Assembly: GCF_964194155.1 (NCBI RefSeq)
Contig: NC_135884.1
Span: forward strand, 142,662,001 to 142,726,000
Reading direction: 5' to 3'
Length of the DNA: 64,000 nucleotides
Source of the DNA: Cetorhinus maximus
Lineage: Eukaryota
Position numbers and translations under genes: made by a program. This document shows positions 12,401-23,180 of the stretch, one piece after another. Every line of letters starts with the position of its first letter. Positions within the stretch are counted from its first letter, which is position 1. Under the pieces are notes generated by a model. It was given only the letters and a program-made list of their open reading frames with translations. It was not told the DNA's origin and searched no databases.

Positions 12401-15400
12401 ACTCCAGAAACATGGTTACTTTAAAACAATGCAACAAGATTGGATCTTTTGTGGTGCTTTTAAGAAATGCAGTGGCTAGCCTACTTGATCTCAGTGAAAC
12501 CTGTGCTTCTTTTTGCATGTCACCCCTTGGAGTGCAGTGTACCTTTCATACGAAACTGAATCTATACAAGGTTCATTTGTTACCTCCAAATTAACATGTC
12601 TGTCTGAATGTGAGTGTTGACTTCCTTCCTTAGGCTGAAGCCAGTGTGCAGAAGGCTTCAGTTGATGTCAGTCACACCACACATCAGCTGGAGGAGATCA
12701 TTTACAAATTTCAGCAGCAAAAACTGCAGGACATTAAGGTATGAAGATTAGAGTTGATCTCTTTATTCATAAATTAAGTCTCAATTTCCTGCTTTTTTTT
12801 CAGGCCATTCCTTGCTTCACTATTCTTAGGTGCAAAGACTTCTACAGGCTACACCTTGAACTTGGGGAGATAGTAGTGTTGTGGTAATGGGTTAGTAAAT
12901 TCAGAACACTAGGGTTAGTAAATTCAGAGGCCTAGGCTAATCCTCAGGGGGCATCAGTTCAAATCCCCCCACAGTAGCTGGTAGAATTTTTAAAAATCAA
13001 TTAATTAAAAAAAAATCTGGAATTGAAAACGAGTCTTGGTAATGGTTTTGTTAATTGTTCTAAAAACCCATCTGGTTCAATAATGCCCTTTAGGGAAGGA
13101 AGTCTATCGTTCTGGTCTGGCCTACATGTGACTCCAGACCTGCAGCAATGTGGTTGACTCTTAACTGTCCCTCTGAAATGGCCTAGCAAGGCATTCAGTT
13201 CAAGGGATGGGCAACAAATACTGGCCTTGCCAATGACACCCACATCCCATGAAAGAATAAATTAACTCAATCCTTCTGAGGACCTGAAACGGAAAACCTC
13301 AGTCGCCCACTCATTCTAGGATGTTTAAGTCTTTAAAACCTAAAGCTTAGTGGCACCAAAACACCACTTCCTAAATTAACTTCTCTCTTTTCAGTCTCAG
13401 TGCTATCGTGTTTTATTGACCTTGGCTCTGCATGTAGGTTTCTCTGTAAAAGCATTGCAAACTGTTGCAATTCTCAAAGGGAGCCCAATCCAGCATCAGA
13501 ACGGGGGGGGGTCTTGTGATGGTACTGGAGTAAACTGAAGGAGTGATCCATAACTGCACCTGGTCACTGTATCATGATTCCCTTTGCAAAACTCAAATCA
13601 TTTTCTTTCTTTTTATTCATAGGCCATTTTCTCAAACTTTGTGACAGTCGAAATGATATTCCATGCCAAAGCCCTTGAGATGTACACGAATGCCTTCCAA
13701 CACCTGAACAACTTTGATGAAGAGAAGGATCTGGTGGTATGAATGGAAGTAACTTGTGTTTAGTCCTTGTTTAAAAAAAAATTCAGCAGACAGATTTACA
13801 AGAAACCTAGACTGGGATATTTAAAATGTCTTTTCTTAAATAAATAAAACAGCTAGATGAAAGAAAGAAGCTCATAGACAAGGGCCTTGCCAAGGCTGAA
13901 AAGAGTGGGAGACAAAAACAAGACAAGAAGCAGTTAGTAACCCTGCTGTTAGGAATCTACAACAGAACCTGTGGCACAGCTCTTCACCTTGTCTTACATT
14001 CCTCACAGCACAAGGCTTGGTTATGGCGAGCACTTTCTTGCGTGTGTGAATTGATGTCCTACTGCTATGCAATGTTTGTAAAGCTTGAAAACTGGGGGAG
14101 ATGGTGGCGCAGTGGTAATGTCGCTGGACTAGTAATCCAGAGACCCAGTCCATAAATCTGGAATTGAAAGCTAGTCTCAGTCATCTTTTTTTATTCTTTC
14201 ATGGGATGTGGGTTTCGCTGGCTGAGCCAGCATTTATTGCCCATCCCTAATTGCCCCTGAGAAGGTGGTGGTGAGCCGCCTTCTTGAACAACTGCAGTCC
14301 GTGTGGTGTAGGTACACCCATAGTGCTGTTAGGGAGGGAGTTCCATTCTGATCCAGGAACTCCCTCACTAAAAACAGTGATCATGAAACTATCATTGATT
14401 GTCATAAAGACCCATCTGGTTCACTAATGTCCTTCAGGGAAGGAAATATGCCATCCTTACCCGGTCTGGCCCACATGTGACTGCAGATCCCCACAGCAAT
14501 ATGGTTGACTCTTAGCTGCCCTCTGAAATGGCCTAGCAAGCTATTCAGTTCAAGAGCAATTAGGGATGGGCAGCAAATGTTGGCCATGTCAGTGATGCCC
14601 ACATCCCATGAAAGAATAAAGGAAAAACAATCATATTGGAAAGGATTTAACATCTAATCTAGGTGAGCATGCTTCTCATTCAAGGCTTTTCTTTCCCCTG
14701 CTATATGAAGAAAAATAAACTCAGAAGAAGCTGTACATATTTCAAAAAACATTGAACAAACCAGCGTTGGGACGCTTCTGTTATGAATAATGATGAACAA
14801 AAAGATCACCTGGCCTACCCAGTCTGTGCCACCCAATTGTGATACCTTCACAATAAATATACACCACAACAGCCAAAAGACATGTCATCTCCTAGGAGAG
14901 GGGGAAAAAAAACGATAAAACCCAAGGCCAATTGGGGACAAATAATCTAGGAAATTCCTCTCTGACCCACCCCCTCCCCACCACCCCACTAAGCTGATCA
15001 CAGCCAGTCCAAGAGATCTCTGATCCTGAATTCCTTACAGCATCTACCTTTTGTAAGCGGTGATCTGTGCCTCAGCCAGAAATAGGTTCAGTTCTCGCTT
15101 GAAGAAATTTATGGAAACAGAGTCCACTGCACAAGTCGTATTCTCGAGGAAAAGAACCAGCCCCTGACATCCATCCGAAATCTGACATATACAACTTAAA
15201 ATTCTGACCCCTGGTCCTCCTTTTCCTATTTATAACAACAACGTATATCTATATAACACCTTTAACATGGTAAAATGTCCCAAGGCCCTTCGCAGGAGCA
15301 TTATCAAGCAAAATATCACATGGAGCCATGTAAGGAGCTATTGTGCAGAATTGTCCGCGACCACTGGCGTCGGGTGTGCTCAGCAGTGTGAGCAGACAAT

Positions 15401-18400
15401 ATGGCGAGGAGGCCAAAAGCGATTTCATGACTTCGTGGAACCATTTTGCGATCGTCTGCTCAGCCCGTTGACGGTGGGCTGCGTTTCCCGCCATCGGATG
15501 TCGGGACCCTCATTGTAATACATGTGCATATCATTATAAGGCTAGCCCGCCAGACTCATCCCCCCCATGCTAGATCGTCCGCCCACTTCGGCGTGATTGC
15601 ACGCTGATATGGTTCACAACTGCGCATAAGTGACGTGCACCTGGCGGGCTGCACTTCACACTGGACTTCAAGGTTTATTTGCCTACCTTGCTTTGGGCAG
15701 CACTCACAGTCCTCAGTGCCAGGCTTCACAGGCAGCACCACATCACTTTTAGGGGGGCTCACAGGCAGCCATAAGGTGGGGGTGGCTTTGAATGGCTTCA
15801 GGGCTAGGTAGGGGAGAAGTGGCCTCAGGCAAGGGAAGAGTCTGCAGGATGAGGCTTTTACTGAGGAAGAGGGTTATCCCAGGGTGTGTGTGGGGGCACA
15901 AGTTGATCTGTACAAGTGGCCTCAAGATGGTGAGGGCTGAGGAGGCAGCCTCCAGAGGAGATGAGGCCTGATGGAGATGTGAGTGTGTGTGTGAGAGAGT
16001 GAGTGGTGATGCCCCTTGAGCTGGCAGTGAGTGAGATGCCAGTGAATGTGTGATGGGTTTGAGTGTGAGTTTAGAATGATGAGATGGTTGCCTTAACCTG
16101 GCAGCACAGATGAGATCATTCATCCTCTTCCTGCCCTAGATGGCCAACCTCTTCTGTGCAACATTGGCACTGATCACCACTGCCATTGCCTACCAAGCCG
16201 GAGTGGTAATGTTGCTGCCCCTCCAGTGGCCAGAGCGGGGGTAGAGGACATCATGGCGGGCCTCCACGGCGTCCAACAGTCATTCCAGGGATGCGTCACT
16301 AAACCTGGAGGCTGAAGTCTTCTTGCCTTTCGGGGCCATGTCTTACTTGCAGCAGTCCTGGGCTGGAAGCACGTGGGGCTGTACTTTAAATGTGGCGCCC
16401 GACGTGATGAAGTGGTGAGGTGATGGCTTGGCGGGAAAATTGGAGCCCACCCACCATGGAAACGGTGTCTTTCCCAGGAATGCATTATGAATGCATTGGG
16501 TTTGGGATAATATGACATGAGAAGACGCTGTTACAGCCGACATCATTTTACCCGCCTGCTACTGCACTTAGTGCAAATCTGGGATGATTCCGCCCAATAG
16601 GTCAGATGACTAAAAGCTTGGTCAAAGAGGTAGGTTTTCATGAGTGTCTTAAAGGAGAAAAGTTAGGTAGAAGGACAGAGAGGTCTAGGGAGGGCATTCC
16701 AGAGATCAAGGCTTGGGCAACTGAAGGTGTGGCCACCAATGGTGGAACGATTAAAATCGGGGATGCACAAGAGGCCGGAATTAGAGAAATGCAGATATCT
16801 GGCAGGGTGTGGGACAGGAGGAGATTACAGGGATAGGGACGGGTGAGGCCATGCAGGAACTTGAAAACAAAGATGAGAAGAATTTTAAAATCAAGATGTT
16901 GCTTGACCTGGAACCAAAGTAAAATTTGGGAGACTAGCCCAGAATGTATTGGAATAATGCATTTTATCAGCACAAGCTATTTCCTTCATCATCTTATAAA
17001 CCCCGATCAGAATACCCCTACATCCACACTCCTCTAAAGTGTAGAGGCCCAAATGTTTTAGCCTATCTTGATATCCAAGATGCTTTATATTGGGAATTAG
17101 TTTAATGGACCTCCCCTGCACCTTTTCTAAAGTCTTAATATAACCCAATGTGAGGTGTCTAAACTGGACATGATATTCCAAGTGAAGCTTGATCAAGTTT
17201 TTGTACAAGGACAAAATTTTATGCCTAGTCTTATAATAAATTTTTTTATGAGCGTATGCCAACATTCAATTTACTCTATCGCTTCACACCATTGCTCATG
17301 AACCTTTAGAGTTCTATGCACTAGAGCACCCAGATAGCTACCTCCCTTCACCTTCTTTAATGCCTTCCCCTAAATGTCGAACATTCACTATGCCCACGTA
17401 CATAACAATGCACCTGTCCAAATTAAACATACGAACTCCATTTCCCAATACATTAAGATCGAACTGCAAATAGTATCTTCTGCAAATTTATAAATTGCAT
17501 CCCAATACCCAAACCCAGATCATTAATTAAAAACACCCCTCCCTGCAAGGTCACTCTGGTAGCATCTTAAAGATGAGCATGTTCCATGAAGCAGCTCCAT
17601 TGTAAACATAGGAGGACAGGAGTTCAGGCTACTTGAGAGCCACAAAATTCCAGGAATGCACATTCACAGCTGGGAAACCTTCACCCTCATGCTTCCTTAC
17701 TCCTAACATTAACTCCTGCGTGTCTGTTTTCAGCCGTTCCATTCCACTCAACCTTTCTGAAAGTATGGTCAGCACTGTCCTCTAGTTGCCCAAAAGGACA
17801 GACCAAATATGCGGGTTGGGTAAGATTTTTCTTCCCCTCCCCATTTGCAAAGACACTTCAGTCCAGCAGGTGGGAACAAGTAGAAGAACGGCTCACCGTA
17901 GGAACAAACAGAGGCCATTCAGCCCCTCTGAGCCGTTCCACAGTCTTCTACAAAGCCCCTTGTAATTTTCAAATCTTTGTTTAACTTGCTGTATGTGAAA
18001 TTTTTGTTTCCCACAGGCTTTTAGGTCAAAGATCTCCATCAGTGAATTTGAAAATGACGCACGACCATCTCAGTCCCAAAGCAGCTCAAGCTTACAACCT
18101 TCCCCAGGCAGTCAGGTAGTACATCTTTGGAACATTTCAACCTTTACTTCCTAGTTAACCAACTGGCAGTAGAATGAGATTAGGGCAGGCAAGTGTAACG
18201 CAGCACAAAATGGATGAAAATCATATGAACATTCAAAAGTGGCGGGCAAGAAAAGACCCAGCTGGCCCATCAAGCCTGCAGCATGTCACGATAGCAGAAG
18301 CATCAGGACTAAACACTTCTTTCACTCTCTCCCTTCCGCAGCCAGGTGAACTCCTGGGAGAGGCAAGAAGAGAGAGAAAAAGGTCCAGCAGCAATAAGGT

Positions 18401-21218
18401 AAAAATTACTCCGGAAAATCTCTCTCTTGTCCCCTCAGGCAATCAAAATTAACCCAAGAGATCACAAGGACCAAGTGTTAATCATAGAATTGTAGAACTG
18501 AACAGAGCAGAAGGATTTGACCCATTGAGTTTGCACCAGTTCTGTGGGATTTGAACATTCTTTCACAGGATATGGGCGTCACTGGCTAGGCCAGCATTTA
18601 TTGCCCATCTCTAATTGCCCTTGAGAAGGGGGTGGTGAGCCGTCTTCTTGAACCACTTCAGTTCATCTGTTGTAGGTACACCCACACTACTATTGGGAAG
18701 GGAGTTTAAGGATTTTGGCCCAGCAACAGTGAAGGAACAGCCATATAGTTTCAAGTCAGGATAGTGATTGGATTGGAGGGGAACTTGCAAGTGGTGGCGT
18801 TCCCATGCATCTGCTGCCCTTTCCTTCTAGGTGGTAGAGGTCGCAGGTTTGGAAGGTGCTGTCAAAGGAGCCTTGGTGAGTTTTTGCAGTGTATCTTGTA
18901 GATGGTACACACTGCTGCCGCTATGCGTCAGTGGTGGAGGGAGTGAATGTTTGTGGATGGGGTGCCGATCAAGCAGGCTGCTTTGTCTTGGATGGTGTCA
19001 AGCTTCTTGAGTGGAGCTGCACTCATCCAGGCAAGTGGGGAATATTCTATCACATTCCTGACTTGTGCCTTGTTAGGTGGTGGACAGGCTTTTGGGATCA
19101 GGGCGTGAGTTACTCTCCATGGAATTCCCAGCCTGCTCTTGGAGCCACAGCATTTATATGGCTAGTCCAGTTCAGTTTCTGGTCAATAGTAACGCCCAGG
19201 ATGTTGATAGTGGGGGATTCAGTGATGGTAATGCCATTGAATGTCATGGGGAGATGGTTAGATTCTCTTTTGTTGGATATGGTCATTGCCTGGCACTTGT
19301 GTGGAGTGAATGTTACTTGTGTTCAATGTGCTCAACCTTCTGACTAAAGAACTCGTTCACAATTTTCCCAAACCTATAGTTTCATGACAAAAACCTTCCC
19401 CAGAGGAGCTGCAATTACCTTTAAGAGTCAGATGCATCAAAAGCGGTCAAATGTTAAAGCTCAAATGAGTGATTCCCCCACTCTCAGAGACAGAGGGCTC
19501 TCAAATCTGCCTTTCCTTTGAATAAACATAGACCCAATTCTGTCAGCATTTTCCACACAAATTCTCAGCATTTGTTTTTCATATAATTTGTTTCAGATGA
19601 ACAGAATTTCGAGATTCAAAGATTAAGGGCAGGTGGTGGTGAGGTGGTATTGTCATTGGACTGATAATCCAGAGACTCAGGATAATGCTCTGGGGGCCCG
19701 GGTTTGAATCTCACCATGACAGATGGTGGAATTTGAATTCAATAAAAATCTGGAATTAAAAGACTAATGATGACCATGAAACCATTGTCGATTGTGGTAA
19801 AAACCCATCTGGTTCACTAATGCCCTTTAGGGAAGGAAACCTGCTGTCCTTACCTGGTCTGGCCTACATGTGGTTGACTTTTAAATGCCCTCTGAATAAG
19901 GGCAATTAGGGATGGGCAGTAAATGCCGGCTTAGCCAGCGATGCCCCACATCCCTTAAATGAATAAAGGGGAAAAAAAACAGATAGAATAGCTTAGATAA
20001 TGGCTCAGATTATGAGATAGTAAAGAGATGGCAAAACTGTCAGCATTTGCCATAATTACTCCTCTGAATCTGAAAGCAACTCCTGGAGTTAGCACATGTA
20101 CATGGAAATTCAGAAGTTGTTGTCAGTGAATCAATGTTTCCTCAGAAGGTGTACTGTTCAATCCCCCCCCCCCCACCAAACTGCAATCAAATAGAAATCA
20201 CTGAACTGACGAGAACTTGTCAAAATGTTAGTGTCACTGTAAAGATCCTTGAAGAAGGTACACCTTGGTGAATTAGGTGTAATTGAATTTTTAATGCTAC
20301 ATTAAGTTCACAGTTACTACTGAACAACCTCGCCAACTGTGGAAAACTTATTTTATATTTTTGGGGTTTTAAGTTTTTCTCCGATGATAAAAAATTCACA
20401 TTTTAAAATTTAAAAAATGTGTTTTTATAATATTTGAGTTTTTAACCTTAATCCCATGGTGTGTCCAAATCAGTTATTTTGGCCTTTCTAAAATGTTACA
20501 TTAAAAGTGAAAAATTCAGTGCATTTCACTTCCTGTTTTGCTGTCTATGAGAATACTTCAATATGATTGGCTGCTTGATGACATCACTGTTGTTGGATGC
20601 CTGGCAATTACCTTGGTTCCAGGTTCAAGCTGGCATCAAAAAAGGGGAAATCCTTGCCTTGGAGATTGCTATGTCTTTGTGGGGTGCCATCACTTCGCCA
20701 CTGATTGTGAAATCTGACCAATATAGAAACAAATCAGCATAATTTACAAGCACATTTAGTGGCACCTTCCCATACACTGATCTCTCTGCATGTGATTCCA
20801 ATACTTCAGTTACAAGGAATCAGTTGGGCACCTACCAAATTCTTTGCCTCTTGAGTGGGTATCAGAGTAAAGCGTGCATATAGAATTCAAATCATTTATT
20901 TTTAAATGTTTAAAATAACACGCCATACCATTTTAAATGAAGACATTCATGTTTTGAATGTCAATGCTTGCATAAATGTAATTTTAAGGCAATTGTGCTT
21001 AAACCACAAAACTAATGTGCAGTTTTTCATGGGGCTAATCTCTGTGATTTACTTCCATAATCAAACCCCTAATGTCATTGCAGCTCCGGACTCCAAGAGC
21101 TCTTCGTGCTCATTTTCAGGAAGAAGAGTCAGAGGATGAGGAGGAAGAAGAAGAAGTTGAAGAGTTGCAGGATCTCAGTGATGATGATTACAATCAATAT
21201 GCGAAAATTAGAAAATGA
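346..21218 (+). CDS. CIBAR2: CIBAR2/FAM92B-like BAR-domain ciliary protein, 3' part; join(346-414,4406-4507,8240-8245,12634-12738,13623-13736,18017-18115,21084-21218), 5' exons outside the window
   Basis: Seven AG/GT-bounded phase-0 exons total 630 nt and read openly to TGA: [16 protein letters not shown]...[47 protein letters not shown]...[31 protein letters not shown]... This is a FAM92 family sequence. [17 protein letters not shown] and FRSK are closer to recalled FAM92B than FAM92A. Confidence 0.88.
590..1825 (+). mobile_element. 5'-truncated CR1/L2-group LINE, RT C-terminus plus 3' UTR (family A)
   Basis: ORF 734-1198 has G.PQGSVL and MFADD RT motifs; internal stops; tail ...aagggcaattagagatgggcaataaat...cacatcccatg followed by an A-rich end. 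Confidence 0.9.
1840..2125 (-). mobile_element. L2-type LINE 3' fragment
   Basis: Similar to 16596-16915, 52562-52760 and the reverse complement of 60375-60650 (tttagggarggaattccaga...cagctgaagg...ccaatgrtggag). Confidence 0.6.
4087..4279 (+). mobile_element. Penelope-like pseudo-LTR fragment with CCAAT/CCAAT/TATA and a degenerate hammerhead motif
   Basis: CCAAT at 4104 and 4126, TATAAAA at 4152, TGTC-CTGACGA-G...GAAA at 4194-4217; homologous to 35810-35968. Confidence 0.6.
4406..4507 (+). CDS. CIBAR2: CIBAR2-like exon (102 nt) [34 protein letters not shown]
   Basis: atcag|ACA acceptor; ends at ATT|GTATCCTTT (U12-type donor); NPSDR motif of FAM92. Confidence 0.92.
4508..4516 (+). promoter_or_regulatory. 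U12-type (minor spliceosome) 5' splice site GTATCCTTT
   Basis: Perfect match to the RTATCCTTT consensus exactly where FAM92 similarity ends. Confidence 0.88.
4662..7231. mobile_element. Degraded Penelope-like retroelement with inverted terminal arms and a GIY-YIG remnant
   Basis: Arms 4662-5064 and 6801-7195 are reverse complements; GTAATCAGA is duplicated at 4653-4661 and 7232-7240; 6360-6780 reads [16 protein letters not shown]...[20 protein letters not shown]...IGET, typical of the PLE Zn-linker/GIY-YIG region. Confidence 0.85.
5284..6242 (+). repeat. 32-bp G-rich minisatellite, about 30 copies (AGATGGGTCAGACWCGGAGGYAGGGGTGGGGG)
   Basis: AGATG recurs at 5301, 5333, 5365 ... 6229. Confidence 0.97.
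8217..8239 (+). promoter_or_regulatory. U12-type branch point TTTTCCTTAAC and 3' splice site
   Basis: TTCCTTAAC at 8219-8227 followed 10 nt later by AG (8238-8239), the typical U12 spacing. Confidence 0.85.
8240..8245 (+). CDS. CIBAR2: 6-nt microexon TCACTG (Ser-Leu) of the CIBAR2-like gene
   Basis: ccag|TCACTG|gtacgt; supplies the two residues FAM92 proteins have between ...PSDxxxI and AE...; preserves frame. Confidence 0.8.
9770..10500 (+). mobile_element. CR1 LINE 3' fragment (family B)
   Basis: [42 protein letters not shown], then frameshifts and the CR1 3' UTR (agatcagccatgatcgtattgaatgg...ctcctgctcctatt). Confidence 0.9.
12634..12738 (+). CDS. CIBAR2: CIBAR2-like exon (105 nt) [35 protein letters not shown]
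   Basis: cttccttccttag|GCT acceptor, AAG|gtatga donor; FAM92 similarity. Confidence 0.93.
12864..13262 (+). mobile_element. tRNA-derived SINE with a family-A LINE tail
   Basis: Degenerate A/B boxes (agttcaaatcc), body ctggaattgaaa...cccatctggttc, tail gggatgggcaacaaatactggcc...cacatcccatgaaagaataa. Confidence 0.8.
13623..13736 (+). CDS. CIBAR2: CIBAR2-like exon (114 nt) [38 protein letters not shown]
   Basis: Long pyrimidine tract, catag|GCC acceptor, GTG|gtatga donor; conserved EM.FH.KA.E.Y motif. Confidence 0.94.
14094..14625 (+). mobile_element. tRNA-derived SINE interrupted by an antisense family-A LINE tail (about 14184-14365)
   Basis: A box TGGCGCAGTGG at 14105; body and tail as in 19627-19979. 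Confidence 0.75.
14775..17515 (-). mobile_element. CR1 LINE (RT C-terminus and long 3' UTR) split by nested L2 and Harbinger insertions
   Basis: ORF 16891-17265 reads [19 protein letters not shown]...LEKVQGR...[12 protein letters not shown]; the 3' UTR at 14775-15230 resembles 18230-18480 and the reverse complement of 32220-32460. Confidence 0.7.
15343..16595 (-). mobile_element. PIF/Harbinger-derived non-autonomous DNA transposon with a decayed Myb/SANT-like ORF (16339-16097)
   Basis: [33 protein letters not shown]...[12 protein letters not shown]...KRMNDL has the trihelix Myb/SANT pattern; imperfect TIRs gtgcagaattgtcc / ggatgattccgccc. Confidence 0.72.
18017..18115 (+). CDS. CIBAR2: CIBAR2-like exon (99 nt) [33 protein letters not shown]
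   Basis: tttttgtttcccacag|GCT acceptor, CAG|gtagta donor; FR.K start and Ser/Pro-rich linker as in FAM92. Confidence 0.82.
18555..19325 (-). mobile_element. Family-A LINE 3' fragment
   Basis: Reverse complement of about 1060-1815. Confidence 0.88.
19627..19979 (+). mobile_element. Near full-length tRNA-derived SINE with a family-A LINE tail
   Basis: A-box-like TGGTGAGGTGG, B-box-like GGTTTGAATCT at 19701, tail aagggcaattagggatgggcagtaaatgccggc...cacatccc, A-rich end. Confidence 0.85.
21084..21218 (+). CDS. CIBAR2: CIBAR2-like last coding exon [44 protein letters not shown] (alternative in-frame start at 21120)
   Basis: ttgcag|CTC or ttttcag|GAA acceptors, both phase 0; acidic tail typical of FAM92 C-termini; TGA at 21216-21218. 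Confidence 0.75.
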   Translation, partial: LRTPRALRAHFQEEESEDEEEEEEVEELQDLSDDDYNQYAKIRK

Positions 21219-21859
21219 GTAATGCTGAAGGAAAGCAGTGCCCACTTAGCAATATTATTTTCAAAATGCTTTTGGATGCGAAATGATTAAAATAGAATCT
21301 AGGCCTATCCAACCATTTGTAAGTGTAATTGATAGCCACCGGTAGCTCGAGTGTCTAGAAACTGTCCAACCCACAACAATTGGATGGAGTCCCCAGGAGC
21401 GAATAGACAACAAGGCACCGAACTCTTAAGTTACAGAGTTACAGAGTCAAATGTTGTCCTTCACATTCATATTTCACATTGGTTCATGTGACCTGCTTGG
21501 CAGCTCTGATTTAGATCAAATCTGCCTTCAGCACACTCTCAGGCAGCGCATTCCAGATCCCAATCACTCACTGCATAAAAGAGGACGGAAGGGGGGAGAA
21601 AATTGATTTCACAGAGAACCAGGCAAACCGTCCTGACACTGAACATGTGTCTAACTAGAGTAGCATGGGAATCGTGTTAAGAGGAACAGGTAAAGAGAAA
21701 CTATTTCTGCAGGTTGGGGATTCTAGGATTAAAGGTACATTGTCTAAAAATTAGAGTTAAAAAATCCAACGATGTGTTTTTACAGGGAGCATGCTGTTCC
21801 CAAGTGTTCCCGCTCCCCCACACCCCTTGCTAGGGGAGGTGGGGCAATTTAAAAAAATA

Positions 21860-22330
21860 TCCATTCAAGGATGTGGGCTTCACTGGCTGGGCCAGCGTTT
21901 ATTGCCCATCCCTAATTGTCCATGAGAAGGTGGTGGTGAGCTGCCTTCTTGAGCCGCTGCGTCCATGCGGTGTAAGTACACCCACAGTGCTATTAGGAAG
22001 AGATGATCGAGAGTATACTGATGGGGCAGTAATTGGCTGGCTTGGATTTGTCCAGCTTTTTGTGTACAGGACATACCTGGACAATTCCCCACATAGCTGG
22101 ATGGATGCCAGTGTTGTAGCTGTACTGGAACAGCTTGGCTAGGGGCGCGGCAAGCTCTGGAGCATAAGTCTTCAGTACCATTGCCAGAATATTGTCAAGG
22201 GCCATAGCCTTTGCACTATCCAGTGCCTTCAGCCATTTCTTGATATAATGTGGAGTGAATTGAATTGGCTGAAGATTGGCATCTGTGAAGCTGGGGACCT
22301 CCAGAGGAGGCCGAGATGGATCATCCACTC
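21860..22330 (-). mobile_element. Internally deleted family-A LINE (3' tail fused to RT N-terminus)
   Basis: ORF 21993-22328 LKALDSAKAM..DNI...LKT.APELAAPLAKLFQ.S...W....VCPVHKK..KS.PANY.PIS is joined directly to the tail. Confidence 0.8.
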
Positions 22331-22334
22331 GGAT

Positions 22335-23180
22335 CCCTTAGTTTATTTTAACCACCTTCTCAACCTGCCCTGCAACCTTTGATGATTTGTGCACATATAC
22401 CCCAGGTCTTTTTGCTTCTGTACCCATTTTAGAATTGTATCCTTTATTTTCTATTGCCTTGCTTTGTTCTTCCAAGCAAAATGTGTCCCCTCACACCTCT
22501 CTGCATTAAATTTCATCTGTCATTTTACCCATTCCACCAACTTATGTCCTCTTGCAGTCTCTCGCTATCCTCCTCACCGTTCACAGTTCCAAGTTTTGCA
22601 TCATCTGCAAAATTTTGAAATTGTGCCCTGCACACCCAAGTCTAGATCATTAATATAGATCAGGAAAAGCAGTGGTCCTAATACCGACCCCTGGGGAACC
22701 CCACTGTGTACTTTTTTCCAGTCTGAAAAACAACTGTTCACTACCACTCTCTGTTTCCTGTCATCCAGCCAACATCATATGCATGCTGCCACTCTTCCTT
22801 TTATTGCATAAGCTTCAACTTAATTTCTGACAAGTCTATTATGTGATACTTTATCAAACACCTTTTGGGAGTCCAAGTACACCACATTCACTGAATTACC
22901 CTCTTCAACCATCTCTGTTACCTCATCAATAGCTCAGTCAAGTTAGTTAAACATGACTTGGCTATAACTAATCTATGCTAGCTTTCCATAAGTAATGCAC
23001 ACTTGTCTAAGTGACTTTAATTTTGTCCCAAATTACCACCCCTAAAAGCATTCCCACTACCAATGTCAAACTGACTGGCACGTAGTTCCTGGGTTTATCC
23101 TTACACCCTTTCTTTGAACAAAGGTGTAACATTTGCAACCCTTCAGCCCCTCTGACACCAGCCCTATTATCTAAGGAAAA
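22335..23180 (-). mobile_element. CR1 LINE RT fragment
   Basis: Minus strand reads KKG.KDKPRNY.PVSLTLVVG.LL, DSQKVFDKVSH and [22 protein letters not shown] motifs with frameshifts. Confidence 0.85.

Noticed and set aside
16097-16339. Domesticated MSANTD/NAIF1-like host gene
   Set aside because: Three in-frame stops, a mutated donor, and it lies inside a TIR-bounded insertion.
346-21218. Assignment to CIBAR1/FAM92A on the basis of adjacency to TMEM67
   Set aside because: Residues recalled as diagnostic (IKKF, VQ.A.VD, FQ.QKL, FHAKA, FR.K) fit FAM92B better; not formally excluded without a phylogeny.
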